A stretch of DNA of 17,730 nucleotides, taken from UHGV virus genome UHGV-1681856. One strand, given 5' to 3'. A model generated the notes under the pieces. The model worked only from the letters and a program-made list of their open reading frames with translations, made no database searches and was not told where the DNA came from. This stretch comes from a virus. A program made the position numbers and the translations under genes. This document shows positions 8,055 through 16,006 of the stretch, piece after piece (position 1 is the first letter of the stretch; every line of letters starts with the position of its first letter).

Positions 8055-9044
8055 TTAGTTAGAGCAGAGAATTTGAGCAACAGCAAACGGAAAGGCTACA
8101 ACAGAGCCGTACGAAGTCTGAGACAGCTTCTGCAAGATGTACGAGCTATGTTGTTCGGGGCGATGCGTACGCAGTTTTTCGCCGTACGCAGGCATGATGT
8201 TCGGCTGTCCGTCGATGTCTCTCGCAATCATCTGAACCAGATGGCCTGCACCGGTTGCAAATTCGGGCAGCGTCCAGACTTCGAGGTTCGGATATGCTTT
8301 TTTCAGCGTATCGAACACAGTAACGCCAAACTGGTTGACTTTCAGCATGTGCTCTGCTTCAAATTCGGGCGACATCAGCAGAATGAGATTTGAATCTCGA
8401 TACGTTGACTCATTGCCAACTTTTCCTTTTGTCTGCGCGGCCAGTTTCGCAAACAGCTTATTGATTTCAGTAACGACACCAACGGCATCTTTTGTAGCCC
8501 AGCCAGAAGAGGCGGCGGCAGGGGATAACGACGGGTCGTTAGTAAAACCGTAGTTCTTCAGGCCCCTCACGCCGGAGATATACGTCTTGTTCTGAAAACG
8601 ATTTAGCGTCAAAGCAGATGCCCTCAGCACGCGCGACGTGAAGTCGATAGCCGCATTGCCGTACATCTCGGATTCCAAATCACCGAACCGCGCCCACGTT
8701 TGATAGCGGAAAGACTGACGTGTTTCGGGGTAAATGTTAACGCTAGATCCGCCGCCGTTTTCGTAATCGCCATATTTAACAGACTCACCGGTAGGCTCGG
8801 CAATCATGAACACTGCCGTATCAGTAGTCCAGTCACCCTTCTGGAACTCACCAAAAATTTGAGCGGCACGCGCAGGGGCTAAAACTGCATCAATGACATT
8901 TTGGTCAATGTATGAAGTAAGTAGCGGATGAATGCCGAGTGCGGCGGTTGTCTGAATGACGTTCGCACTGTCGGAAAGTCGACTGAAGATTTGTGGGTTG
9001 CCATGCAAGTGGATGCCGACGTCTTTTAAAGTTGATTTTGCCAT
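8055..9044 (-). CDS. Major capsid protein (329 aa)
   Basis: About 36 kDa ORF following the scaffold and small Gly-rich protein genes, and followed by a hairpin. Position and size are typical of a major capsid gene. Confidence 0.6.
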   Translation of the reverse strand: MAKSTLKDVGIHLHGNPQIFSRLSDSANVIQTTAALGIHPLLTSYIDQNVIDAVLAPARAAQIFGEFQKGDWTTDTAVFMIAEPTGESVKYGDYENGGGSSVNIYPETRQSFRYQTWARFGDLESEMYGNAAIDFTSRVLRASALTLNRFQNKTYISGVRGLKNYGFTNDPSLSPAAASSGWATKDAVGVVTEINKLFAKLAAQTKGKVGNESTYRDSNLILLMSPEFEAEHMLKVNQFGVTVFDTLKKAYPNLEVWTLPEFATGAGHLVQMIARDIDGQPNIMPAYGEKLRTHRPEQHSSYILQKLSQTSYGSVVAFPFAVAQILCSN

Positions 9045-9056
9045 TTTCTTAAGCTC

Positions 9057-9542
9057 TTATCGTTTAGAAATAATACACATTCCGCCTGCATCTGCTGCAC
9101 TTGAAACGATCCAACCGGTTTTAGTGTACCCGGAAAGAGAATCGCCATCAGCAAAGCCAGGTACACCGCCGGCTTTTGCAAATACGCTTTGACCGACCTT
9201 TGCAGCCGAGGGGGCAGAAATCCAGAAGTCGCCGCTATCGTACACAGTGACAGCCAAACCTTCAGGGATGATTTTCACGCCGTTCTCGTTTGGCGCGATG
9301 TGTGCATATGGGAAAATACCGCGACCGACGAAGCCAATCAGGCCGCCTGAACCTGATAAAGTAGCGGGGATAGAACCGCTTGCCGCACCGTCTTTCACAA
9401 AACAGAATTGACCCATTGTTACACCGCCGGCAGCAGCAACGATTTGGCCTTCTTCGGATGCGATAGTTGAGTGCGGGTTGGCGGATGCGAAATCGCCGGG
9501 ACCGCCGGATGCTTGACGCATACCTACATTTTTTTGAAACAT
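9057..9542 (-). CDS. Gly-rich head structural/decoration protein (161 aa)
   Basis: Gly/Ala-rich small protein between the scaffold and capsid genes, a slot commonly occupied by a head structural or decoration protein. Confidence 0.4.
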   Translation of the reverse strand: MFQKNVGMRQASGGPGDFASANPHSTIASEEGQIVAAAGGVTMGQFCFVKDGAASGSIPATLSGSGGLIGFVGRGIFPYAHIAPNENGVKIIPEGLAVTVYDSGDFWISAPSAAKVGQSVFAKAGGVPGFADGDSLSGYTKTGWIVSSAADAGGMCIISKR

Positions 9543-9556
9543 GTTAATAATCCTCG

Positions 9557-10672
9557 TTATAGCTTAGTGATTCGACTGATATATTCACTCTCAATCGCGC
9601 CTGCTTGCAAAGCGGAATCGGAGATTCGGGCGGCATTTTTACTTACCGCACCAAACAGCGCGCGCAGACTGCTTGCTGGAACGCCATCAAAGTCGACGCC
9701 CATCTTTTTCAGTGCGGAAGAGTAAATCTCTTCAGCCGAATCGGAAAGGGTGTCGCCAATGACTTCACGGCATTCGATTGCAGCAATACGAGCGTCACGG
9801 CTCGATTTGTTGTTTGCTTCAATCGCTTTGGAAATCAGAGCATTTACAGCAGAGTCCGAGAGATTTTCTTTTCCAGCTTTTGAATCATCTTCAGCAGCTT
9901 TTGAAGAATCCAGATTATCAGGTTCTTCATCTTTAACTTCAGATTTCCCATCTTTGCTTTCAGTTTTTCCATTTTCTGTGCTTTCGTCACTTACGTTATC
10001 ATCTTGCTTAATTTCACTGACTAAATCAGCGAGCGCCGCGGACACGCCGTCATCACTCAATGCCGATTCGTCTGATTTCAGCGCCTTTTTCAATCCTGCA
10101 ATCAGATTTAAGATTTCATCCATTTGAGATACCTTTTCCGCGCTGTCAGAAATACGCACATCGGAGCCAGCGCGGCCAGCTCCAACAAGCGCCACATGGT
10201 TTGCAACCATGCCAACAATAACACCGTCATAATCGACGCCGTCATCCGTCTTACCTGCCGCCATATTAACACTACACTTGTAATCGCAGGATAATTCAGT
10301 TTTTTGGTCGGATTCGACAAGTGCAATAGCCTCCTCATCCCAAATTGTGATTGATGCCTTCAGATATTTGCCGTCAAATTCAACGTCCGACGAGATTGTG
10401 CCGATGATTTTGGCCTCGGAGAGGTTTTTGCTGTGCTCGTTGTAAAGCGGAACATCGGTAAAGCCCTTTGCGCACTCTTTGAGCGCTTCCGGCGAGCGGT
10501 AGATTTTATAAATCTTGTTCGGCTCAAGCTGCTTGGAAACGACGCCCTGTAACTCTGAGCCGAGGTACTCATTTACAACGGCCTTGCTGATATTGCACTT
10601 TGCTACACGAAGGTAACCTGTTTCGTCTTTTTTCCTGCTTGTGCCTTTTTTAATTTCGTATACGTTTTTCAT
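9557..10672 (-). CDS. Capsid scaffolding protein (371 aa), possibly with an N-terminal protease-like domain
   Basis: Long, highly acidic Ser/Asp/Glu/Lys-rich low-complexity centre (DESTENGKTESKDGKSEVKDEEPDNLDSSKAAEDDSKAGKEN) typical of scaffolds. Sits between the minor head and capsid genes. Confidence 0.5.
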   Translation of the reverse strand: MKNVYEIKKGTSRKKDETGYLRVAKCNISKAVVNEYLGSELQGVVSKQLEPNKIYKIYRSPEALKECAKGFTDVPLYNEHSKNLSEAKIIGTISSDVEFDGKYLKASITIWDEEAIALVESDQKTELSCDYKCSVNMAAGKTDDGVDYDGVIVGMVANHVALVGAGRAGSDVRISDSAEKVSQMDEILNLIAGLKKALKSDESALSDDGVSAALADLVSEIKQDDNVSDESTENGKTESKDGKSEVKDEEPDNLDSSKAAEDDSKAGKENLSDSAVNALISKAIEANNKSSRDARIAAIECREVIGDTLSDSAEEIYSSALKKMGVDFDGVPASSLRALFGAVSKNAARISDSALQAGAIESEYISRITKL

Positions 10673-11419
10673 TTAAAGAATTTCCAAAACTGATTGAGAG
10701 AGGCATCGACATCCGTACTCCAGTCCGGGCTTTGTCCACTTGCCTTCAAGATAAGCCCCTTTTCTAATGTCATACTCCTTTCCATCGAATGCCAAATGCT
10801 CGGGACGGGGTGTTTTCCCGGCGTGTGAGTGCATCCATATTGCCTTTGTGATTCCGAGTGATTCGCGGCGCGCATCTTCGAGAATCGTTGTGGCGTAGTG
10901 GATTTGATTCCGGGCCAGCCTTTCAGCCTGTCTTTGTTTAATTCCGATGATTTCTCGGAATGCTTTTGACAGCTTCTGAATGTCAAATCCGGATGTCACG
11001 GAGTCGATGATTAAGTCCGAGGTCTTCTGTACGCCATAATCGACAAACTTCGCCACTTCTTCTGTATTCCTTGCAATCAGCGCTTGGACGGCGTCGTTCA
11101 TAAACTCGTCATACGGGAAGTCGACTTTAATGCTTGCCGCATCCTTGATTGACTTACCCATAATCTTGTCATTTGAGGCCATGACTTTCATTACGGCCCA
11201 GCGAACAGGTTCAGACAGCTTGTCTTTCGGTATCTCATGGCTACGACGCAGAGAAAGAATCGCATCGATTGCATCTGACTTTCTACCGAAGTGGCCGATA
11301 GACACGGCCTGTTTTGAAAACTGCAAGATTGCATTCTTTGCAAGTGTGTTTACTCGCTTAAAGTAACCGCGCTGCACGCCTGCATTAACCTGCGTTGGGG
11401 GTAGGATTATCTTTGCCAT
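10673..11419 (-). CDS. Phage Mu F-like minor head (head morphogenesis) protein (248 aa)
   Basis: C-terminal region WMHSHAGKTPRPEHLAFDGKEYD...GCRC resembles the Mu F / SPP1 gp7 head morphogenesis domain. Lies immediately downstream of the portal gene, as in Mu and SPP1. Confidence 0.65.
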   Translation of the reverse strand: MAKIILPPTQVNAGVQRGYFKRVNTLAKNAILQFSKQAVSIGHFGRKSDAIDAILSLRRSHEIPKDKLSEPVRWAVMKVMASNDKIMGKSIKDAASIKVDFPYDEFMNDAVQALIARNTEEVAKFVDYGVQKTSDLIIDSVTSGFDIQKLSKAFREIIGIKQRQAERLARNQIHYATTILEDARRESLGITKAIWMHSHAGKTPRPEHLAFDGKEYDIRKGAYLEGKWTKPGLEYGCRCLSQSVLEIL

Positions 11420-12839
11420 TACTTAGTCCTCTAATGATTTCATCGAACTCATCCGCATCGTCTCGTTGAACTTCGGGATAAATTGGCCGTTCCTCGGCAT
11501 CTAGTGAGCCGCGAATATCGTCAGAGCTTGCTGCGCCAACACTGGCGTACGCAACATGCATTCTGGATTTAATCTCTTGAATCTCGGCTTCTTCGCGTTC
11601 TGACATACTCATCAACGGATTGAAGATGAAATCAGCGTCATCTGTCCCGAACTCAGACATCTCAATCTGAGACAAAAGCCTTTGAATGAGGGGAAGTAGG
11701 CAGTTGTCTTGAATCCCTGCGATGAAGTCGTAATAGACCTTAATCTCGCCATCGCTCGATGCATTGAGGCCGGACGGCGTGATTCCGAGAAGTTTCACGA
11801 GCGGCACGCGAGCAACGGCTGACATTTGCTCTTGAGTCTGTCTAACTAAGTCAGCGATGCCGGAGAGCGGCGTAGCGAACTGGAAGAACTCTTCAGTTTC
11901 TTTGTTTAGTAACAGTAAGCCTCGATTATCACGGAATTTATTGAACAACTCTGCGCGCATTGTGAGTGCATTTACATCATCTTCCTGAAGCGAAGACATC
12001 ATGTCTGTCTTGATGCCTGACACAGAGTATGATTTCAACAAGTCTGCGGATGATTCAACGGCATTGTGCCAACGTCTAACGTACGGCCACATCACCTGAG
12101 TAAGTGAAATTCCGTGCATCTGATACATCGGCTTAATCATATCCACGACCGGGAACGGTACGACGTGAAGCAGATGGTCATGATGAACTTCGCGTGCCAT
12201 TAAGTACCATTTGTCGGGGTTGTACCAAGATGGTGACAAGGGGTTTGCCGTGTCGTATGAAATCGGGTTTGCGTAAATCCCATCAATCACAATCAGCTTT
12301 TTGACTTTTGATTCGCCACTCAGCGGAAGCCTCTCGTCGACGTTCGTGTTGTCAGTAAGCGATGCGGACATCAAAACCATCGAGCCGCCGTAAAACAGAC
12401 TAGAGACGAGGGCGTCACGGAATATCTTTCGTGCATTCAGTTTTTTAAGCTGATTAGTCAGAAACTCTTTGACTTCAGGGTTTTCGTGGCTTACCTCCCC
12501 CCACTCCCTGAGCGAATCGGAACTGATTGCATCTACCGCGGCGCGAATCTCCGGGATTTGGCTAAGGGAGGAGAGGGCTTGAAAGCCAATGAACCCGAAG
12601 TTCGCGGAACCTGTTTCTGCATAGCCCGCATTCAGCAAGCCGGCGGCGGACATGGCACAGGAGTCGGAAAGAGAGCTGCGGCCAACGCCGGCCACGGGAT
12701 TACGAACGCGGGCGGCGGAAAATCCGTCGAATTCGTCATTTTTAGCATTTTGTGCTAATTTCCTATACAGGGAACTTAGCATAATCTGCTTCTTTTCTTC
12801 CTTCTCTTGCTGTTTTCTGCTAAAAAACCGTTTAAACAT
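11385..12839 (-). CDS. Portal protein (484 aa)
   Basis: About 55 kDa ORF starting 3 bp after the large terminase stop and followed by the Mu F-like gene, the canonical portal position. Acidic C-terminal tail. Confidence 0.7.
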   Translation of the reverse strand: MFKRFFSRKQQEKEEKKQIMLSSLYRKLAQNAKNDEFDGFSAARVRNPVAGVGRSSLSDSCAMSAAGLLNAGYAETGSANFGFIGFQALSSLSQIPEIRAAVDAISSDSLREWGEVSHENPEVKEFLTNQLKKLNARKIFRDALVSSLFYGGSMVLMSASLTDNTNVDERLPLSGESKVKKLIVIDGIYANPISYDTANPLSPSWYNPDKWYLMAREVHHDHLLHVVPFPVVDMIKPMYQMHGISLTQVMWPYVRRWHNAVESSADLLKSYSVSGIKTDMMSSLQEDDVNALTMRAELFNKFRDNRGLLLLNKETEEFFQFATPLSGIADLVRQTQEQMSAVARVPLVKLLGITPSGLNASSDGEIKVYYDFIAGIQDNCLLPLIQRLLSQIEMSEFGTDDADFIFNPLMSMSEREEAEIQEIKSRMHVAYASVGAASSDDIRGSLDAEERPIYPEVQRDDADEFDEIIRGLSNGKDNPTPNAG

Positions 12840-12842
12840 TCT

Positions 12843-14204
12843 TTAAATCCTGTTCAGCATCTTGGTTGTGATACGCATCGCAGGCATTTCGAGCGACGCC
12901 ATAACTAAAGCATCCGCCATATTCGGGGACTTGATGCCCCGCTTCAGTAAGTCTGCTTTGCTTTCAACTTTAATCTTGCCTGACTCTGTGTACTCCATGT
13001 TCGGGGCGGATAGTTCAGAAATCAGGCCATCTAAATCCTTCAGATTCGGATTGATTGAAATCAACTCGCCTGTTTTGTACTTGGTGCCATTCTTCACTGC
13101 ATCGTGAGTCTTAACAAACTTCTCTCTGAGTGCGTACCACGCTTGAGCTTTTGCATTCTGAAAGACCTCGGAGTTCTTTTTGCCGTTCGGGTGAACTCTT
13201 GAGTCCGGCCTCTGCACTGCCTCACCCGCAATGAACGGATGGGACTTAATCCGGGACTTATTCATGTACGCCCTGACGCCGGCCCCGACGCCAATTGAAT
13301 CGTAGCGCAAAATATCAACAGCATGGGAATTGCAGATATTTTCTGCCAATCTTGCCGTCTCTATGACATCAACTCCGCCCCACGTCCTAATTTCCGATAC
13401 TTCTATGCCGTTCATGATGCACATAGCGTTCAGGTCCTGCCCCGTATCTGCTACGTCCAGCCCTGCACGGATAAGGCTTGTATTCCCAAGTCTGAGTTTC
13501 TGCATTGCATCAATAGCCGATTCAATCCATTCGTAACGGATGAACGCCGCTGACGAATCACCCGTTGGCTCGCCGAGCCATACATTTCTGTAAGCATCAA
13601 AGTCAATGCGTTTCAGATGTTCTGCCTCGGCGATGATTTCCGCCCCTGTTGTTTCATGGTCCGTGTAGTTGATTTTGATAGCTACGCAGTCTGGCGGAGG
13701 ATTAAGAACAAACCGCTCATACGCAAAGTCAGTCTTAAACCTCGGGTTGAACGTCACCCATATTTCGGACCCTGCTTTACGGATTGTAGGAATGAGAACC
13801 TGCCAGCTCTCATCCGGTACATTCTGAGCTTCTTCTACCCAGCAGATGTCTATACCTTCCATGGACTTTACGGAGTCAGGGTTGTGATGCAGGCCGGCAA
13901 AGACGAATCGACTTCCTGTTGCTGCATGTTTAATCTCAGTCTTCAGTATCTCGAACTCACCCGAATACCCCTTTGATTGAATCGTATTCTGTAAGAGGAG
14001 TTTCACTGACTCGTTGATTGACTTTTGTATCTCTCGTGTACAGAGGATAAACAGTCCCGCTCTTCTGGATAGCTCGATGAGAACCTCGGCCACTGCCCAT
14101 GACTTTCTAGATGCCCTTCCCCCGTAAGCCACTTTGTACCGATGAGGCTCTATGAGCGGGAGGAACTTTGGGTGCAGGGGCTCTCTATTCGCCATCACCG
14201 TCAT
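12843..14204 (-). CDS. terL: Terminase large subunit (PBSX-type, 453 aa)
   Basis: N-terminal Walker A-like YGGRASRKS and Walker B-like ICWVEEAQ, followed by a C-terminal nuclease-sized domain. The overall pattern matches PBSX-family large terminases as I recall them. Confidence 0.85.
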   Translation of the reverse strand: MTVMANREPLHPKFLPLIEPHRYKVAYGGRASRKSWAVAEVLIELSRRAGLFILCTREIQKSINESVKLLLQNTIQSKGYSGEFEILKTEIKHAATGSRFVFAGLHHNPDSVKSMEGIDICWVEEAQNVPDESWQVLIPTIRKAGSEIWVTFNPRFKTDFAYERFVLNPPPDCVAIKINYTDHETTGAEIIAEAEHLKRIDFDAYRNVWLGEPTGDSSAAFIRYEWIESAIDAMQKLRLGNTSLIRAGLDVADTGQDLNAMCIMNGIEVSEIRTWGGVDVIETARLAENICNSHAVDILRYDSIGVGAGVRAYMNKSRIKSHPFIAGEAVQRPDSRVHPNGKKNSEVFQNAKAQAWYALREKFVKTHDAVKNGTKYKTGELISINPNLKDLDGLISELSAPNMEYTESGKIKVESKADLLKRGIKSPNMADALVMASLEMPAMRITTKMLNRI

Positions 14205-14637
14205 CCTGTTTAGCCGCTTGCCTGAAAAGCTCGGTGAGCGAGGTCGTGTTCTCGGGCTTGGAGGATACGAGTACTTCGGACTTACTGCCCCAGTGTTTCG
14301 GGGCCATTCTTGCCGCGACCCACTTGCGGGCGTCGATTTGAAGCTTGGCTTTGGCGATGGCTTGAGCGTCTTCGTCTACGTTATCGGCTATGGCTATGAT
14401 TTGCTCTGCGTAGAAGGCGGCCTGTCCCTCGCGCGCGCGCGCGTACTCCTCTCTGAAGTTGCCAACGTCATTCTCAAGCCATCTGAACACGGTAGAAGGG
14501 GATGGCATTCCTTCATCTCTGAGGATGTCGGATAGGCTGCGCCCCTTCTCTAGTTCGGAGCATATCTTGCCACCGTGTTTTTCATACAACTCTAGCTGAG
14601 TGTTCGGCCTTCCGCGATTTTGTCCGTTTTTATCCAT
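14185..14637 (-). CDS. terS: Terminase small subunit (150 aa)
   Basis: Small ORF overlapping the terL start by 20 bp. Helix-turn-helix-like segment LSDILRDEGMPSPSTVFRWL and basic ARKWVAARMAPKHWG region typical of small terminases. Confidence 0.7.
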   Translation of the reverse strand: MDKNGQNRGRPNTQLELYEKHGGKICSELEKGRSLSDILRDEGMPSPSTVFRWLENDVGNFREEYARAREGQAAFYAEQIIAIADNVDEDAQAIAKAKLQIDARKWVAARMAPKHWGSKSEVLVSSKPENTTSLTELFRQAAKQDDGDGE

Positions 14638-14668
14638 TTATACCAAGAAATTTCAAATATTAGAATAA

Positions 14669-14701
14669 AATGCTAATTCACTAGGGTGGGTTTTTAGCAT
14701 T
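14669..14701. promoter_or_regulatory. Inverted repeat AATGCTAA-(17 bp)-TTAGCATT in the divergent terS/rusA intergenic region
   Basis: Perfect 8-bp arms at 14669..14676 and 14694..14701. Candidate operator or regulator-binding site. Confidence 0.3.
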
Positions 14702-14753
14702 AATACGCACATTTACTGCTGATATTGAAATTATATTGCATATGGATAAAAAA

Positions 14754-14782
14754 TTGTGAATTTTGGGATAATGTCGTAATAT
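14754..14782 (+). promoter_or_regulatory. Candidate sigma70-type promoter upstream of rusA
   Basis: -35-like TTGTGA (14754..14759), 17-bp spacer, -10-like TAATAT (14777..14782). Eyeballed only; AT-rich context. Confidence 0.25.
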
Positions 14783-14813
14783 ACGATCTCTTTATTCAAT
14801 CAAACGAAAGGGC

Positions 14814-15188
14814 ATGAAGATGAAATCCAGAAGACTGTTGCTACCCTACCCAATCAGTGCAAATAGGTATTGGCGGGTGTATCGTGGCCGGGTTATTCAA
14901 TCTCGTGATGCAGGTCTATACAAGCGAGATGTGGCAAAACTTGCAAAAGCATCGGGAGTTGAGGTGATACATGGGAATGTTGAAGTAAAAGTAACGCTCA
15001 GGCCGAAGATGACAAAATCAGGCGTTGAGTATAAAAAGCGTCTTGACTTAGATAATTGCCTGAAGGTGGTGTTGGATAGCTTAAACGGCGTGATGTATGA
15101 AGATGATTCGCAGATTGTTGCAATCTCTGCGCATATTGGGGAGGGATTGCCGCTCGGGGGGGTTGACGTAGAGGTTATTTATAGTTAG
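14814..15188 (+). CDS. rusA: RusA-like Holliday junction resolvase (124 aa)
   Basis: N-terminal LPYPISANRYW and acidic cluster LDLDNCLKVVLDSLNG match the RusA family signature (conserved Asp residues). Size is typical. Confidence 0.8.
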   Translation: MKMKSRRLLLPYPISANRYWRVYRGRVIQSRDAGLYKRDVAKLAKASGVEVIHGNVEVKVTLRPKMTKSGVEYKKRLDLDNCLKVVLDSLNGVMYEDDSQIVAISAHIGEGLPLGGVDVEVIYS

Positions 15189-15223
15189 TATAGCGGGGTG
15201 AATTTACTCTCCTTGAAAATTTA

Positions 15224-15252
15224 GCCGCCCACTAGTTGGGCGGTCTTTTTTT
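15224..15252 (+). terminator. Intrinsic terminator downstream of rusA
   Basis: Stem CCGCCCA / TGGGCGG (7 bp plus a G-U) with loop CTAGT, followed by TTTTTTT at 15246..15252. Confidence 0.6.
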
Positions 15253-15260
15253 GTCCGGGT

Positions 15261-15320
15261 GTGCCGAAAATTGTCAGCTTGTGCCGTTTTTTTACGGGGT
15301 GAACTGACATTTTTTGTCAC
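15261..15320. repeat. 60-bp palindromic repeat, copy 1 (59/60 identical to copy 2)
   Basis: GTGCCGAAAATTGTCAGCTTGTGCCGTTTTTTTACGGGGTGAACTGACATTTTTTGTCAC. Internal dyad TGTCAG...CTGACA around CCGT-TTTTTT-ACGG, followed by T6. Confidence 0.8.
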
Positions 15321-15343
15321 TATTGTTTACGCACCAATATAAA
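15314..15343 (+). promoter_or_regulatory. Candidate promoter overlapping the 3' end of repeat copy 1
   Basis: -35-like TTGTCA (15314..15319), 18-bp spacer, -10-like TATAAA (15338..15343). Would drive the acidic-protein gene at 15437. Confidence 0.25.
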
Positions 15344-15436
15344 TCAATAACTTACACTTTGGCACATGCTTTGCTAGATACTAGGCAAGAGGAACGAAAG
15401 TTCCGGTTCTTAAACTAGATTGAAAGGAAATTTGAA

Positions 15437-15739
15437 ATGGAGAACTTTACAGAAGAAGAGAGCGATAGTGCGGCTTTCAGAGAAATAGAGGAGAAGCTTG
15501 AAATACTTATTAATGAAGGCAAAACCATTGATTATGAAGAGGAGATGAAACTCAAAGAATTGCAAGTGATTGAACTGAGGGGAGATTTGGAGGATATAAG
15601 CATGGAAGCAATACACCATGCTTATATTCAGAATGATGTGAGATATCTGAAAGCGTACGGTAAGGAGAGATACATCGCCAGATGCCGTATCGCCCTTGAC
15701 GCTGCCGAGAGATGCTTACAAGAACTGGAGAATGAATGA
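15437..15739 (+). CDS. Small highly acidic protein (100 aa; about 27 Asp+Glu versus 13 Lys+Arg), unknown function
   Basis: ORF with a good initiation region (AAAGGAAATTTGAAATGG). Predicted helical. Sits in the accessory cassette bounded by terminators. Confidence 0.5.
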   Translation: MENFTEEESDSAAFREIEEKLEILINEGKTIDYEEEMKLKELQVIELRGDLEDISMEAIHHAYIQNDVRYLKAYGKERYIARCRIALDAAERCLQELENE

Positions 15740-15831
15740 TGAAAGAATGGAAACACGCAATCACATTATGCATCCTGATGTTTGGCTTGCCGGTCGCTGC
15801 TGAACTGATACGAATCTACTTTATTAAATAA
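15736..15831 (+). CDS. Putative 31-aa hydrophobic micro-protein (MMKEWKHAITLCILMFGLPVAAELIRIYFIK)
   Basis: ATG overlaps the stop of the acidic-protein ORF (ATGA), with GGAG 5 nt upstream. Hydrophobic core compatible with a single membrane helix. Below the ORF-track size cutoff, so found by hand. Confidence 0.3.
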   Translation: MMKEWKHAITLCILMFGLPVAAELIRIYFIK

Positions 15832-15840
15832 AGTACGGGA

Positions 15841-15863
15841 AGCAGGTTCTTCCTGCTATTTTA
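15841..15863 (+). terminator. Weak terminator-like hairpin
   Basis: Stem AGCAGG / CCTGCT with loop TTCTT, followed by ATTTTA. Confidence 0.3.
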
Positions 15864-16006
15864 ATCAACTTTAAAAGGAAATTTGAAATGGTACCGTATG
15901 GGTGAAGATGAACAAGAAAAGGAGTGAGAACTAATTAAGAAAATACAGAAAGTTTTATAAGTTACTATTTATAAATTTACCATTTAACAAATTAAAGGAT
16001 TTAAAA

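Noticed and set aside
6001-8553. Plus-strand and nested ORFs inside the neck and capsid genes (for example 6001..6321, 6384..6731, 7425..7628, 7477..7809, 7845..8054, 8073..8393, 8335..8553, and nested minus-strand 6027..6308, 6958..7164, 7810..7992)
   Set aside because: Overlap the continuous minus-strand operon in alternative frames or antisense; none has a convincing start context.
9471-14535. Plus-strand ORFs across the scaffold, portal and terminase genes (for example 9605..9883, 9750..10127, 11130..11366, 12486..12758, 13323..13553, 13617..13976, 14152..14535) and nested minus-strand ORFs 10108..10338, 10360..10572, 10669..10986
   Set aside because: Antisense or nested relative to genes with recognisable terminase/portal/Mu F features. 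Treated as frame noise.
15437-15773. Minus-strand ORFs 15410..15619 and 15552..15773
   Set aside because: Antisense to the acidic-protein gene, which has the better initiation region and fits the plus-strand operon logic.
15888-15905. 5-codon ORF MVPYG as a real gene or leader peptide
   Set aside because: Too short to call a gene. Retained only as evidence of a duplicated initiation region (see findings).
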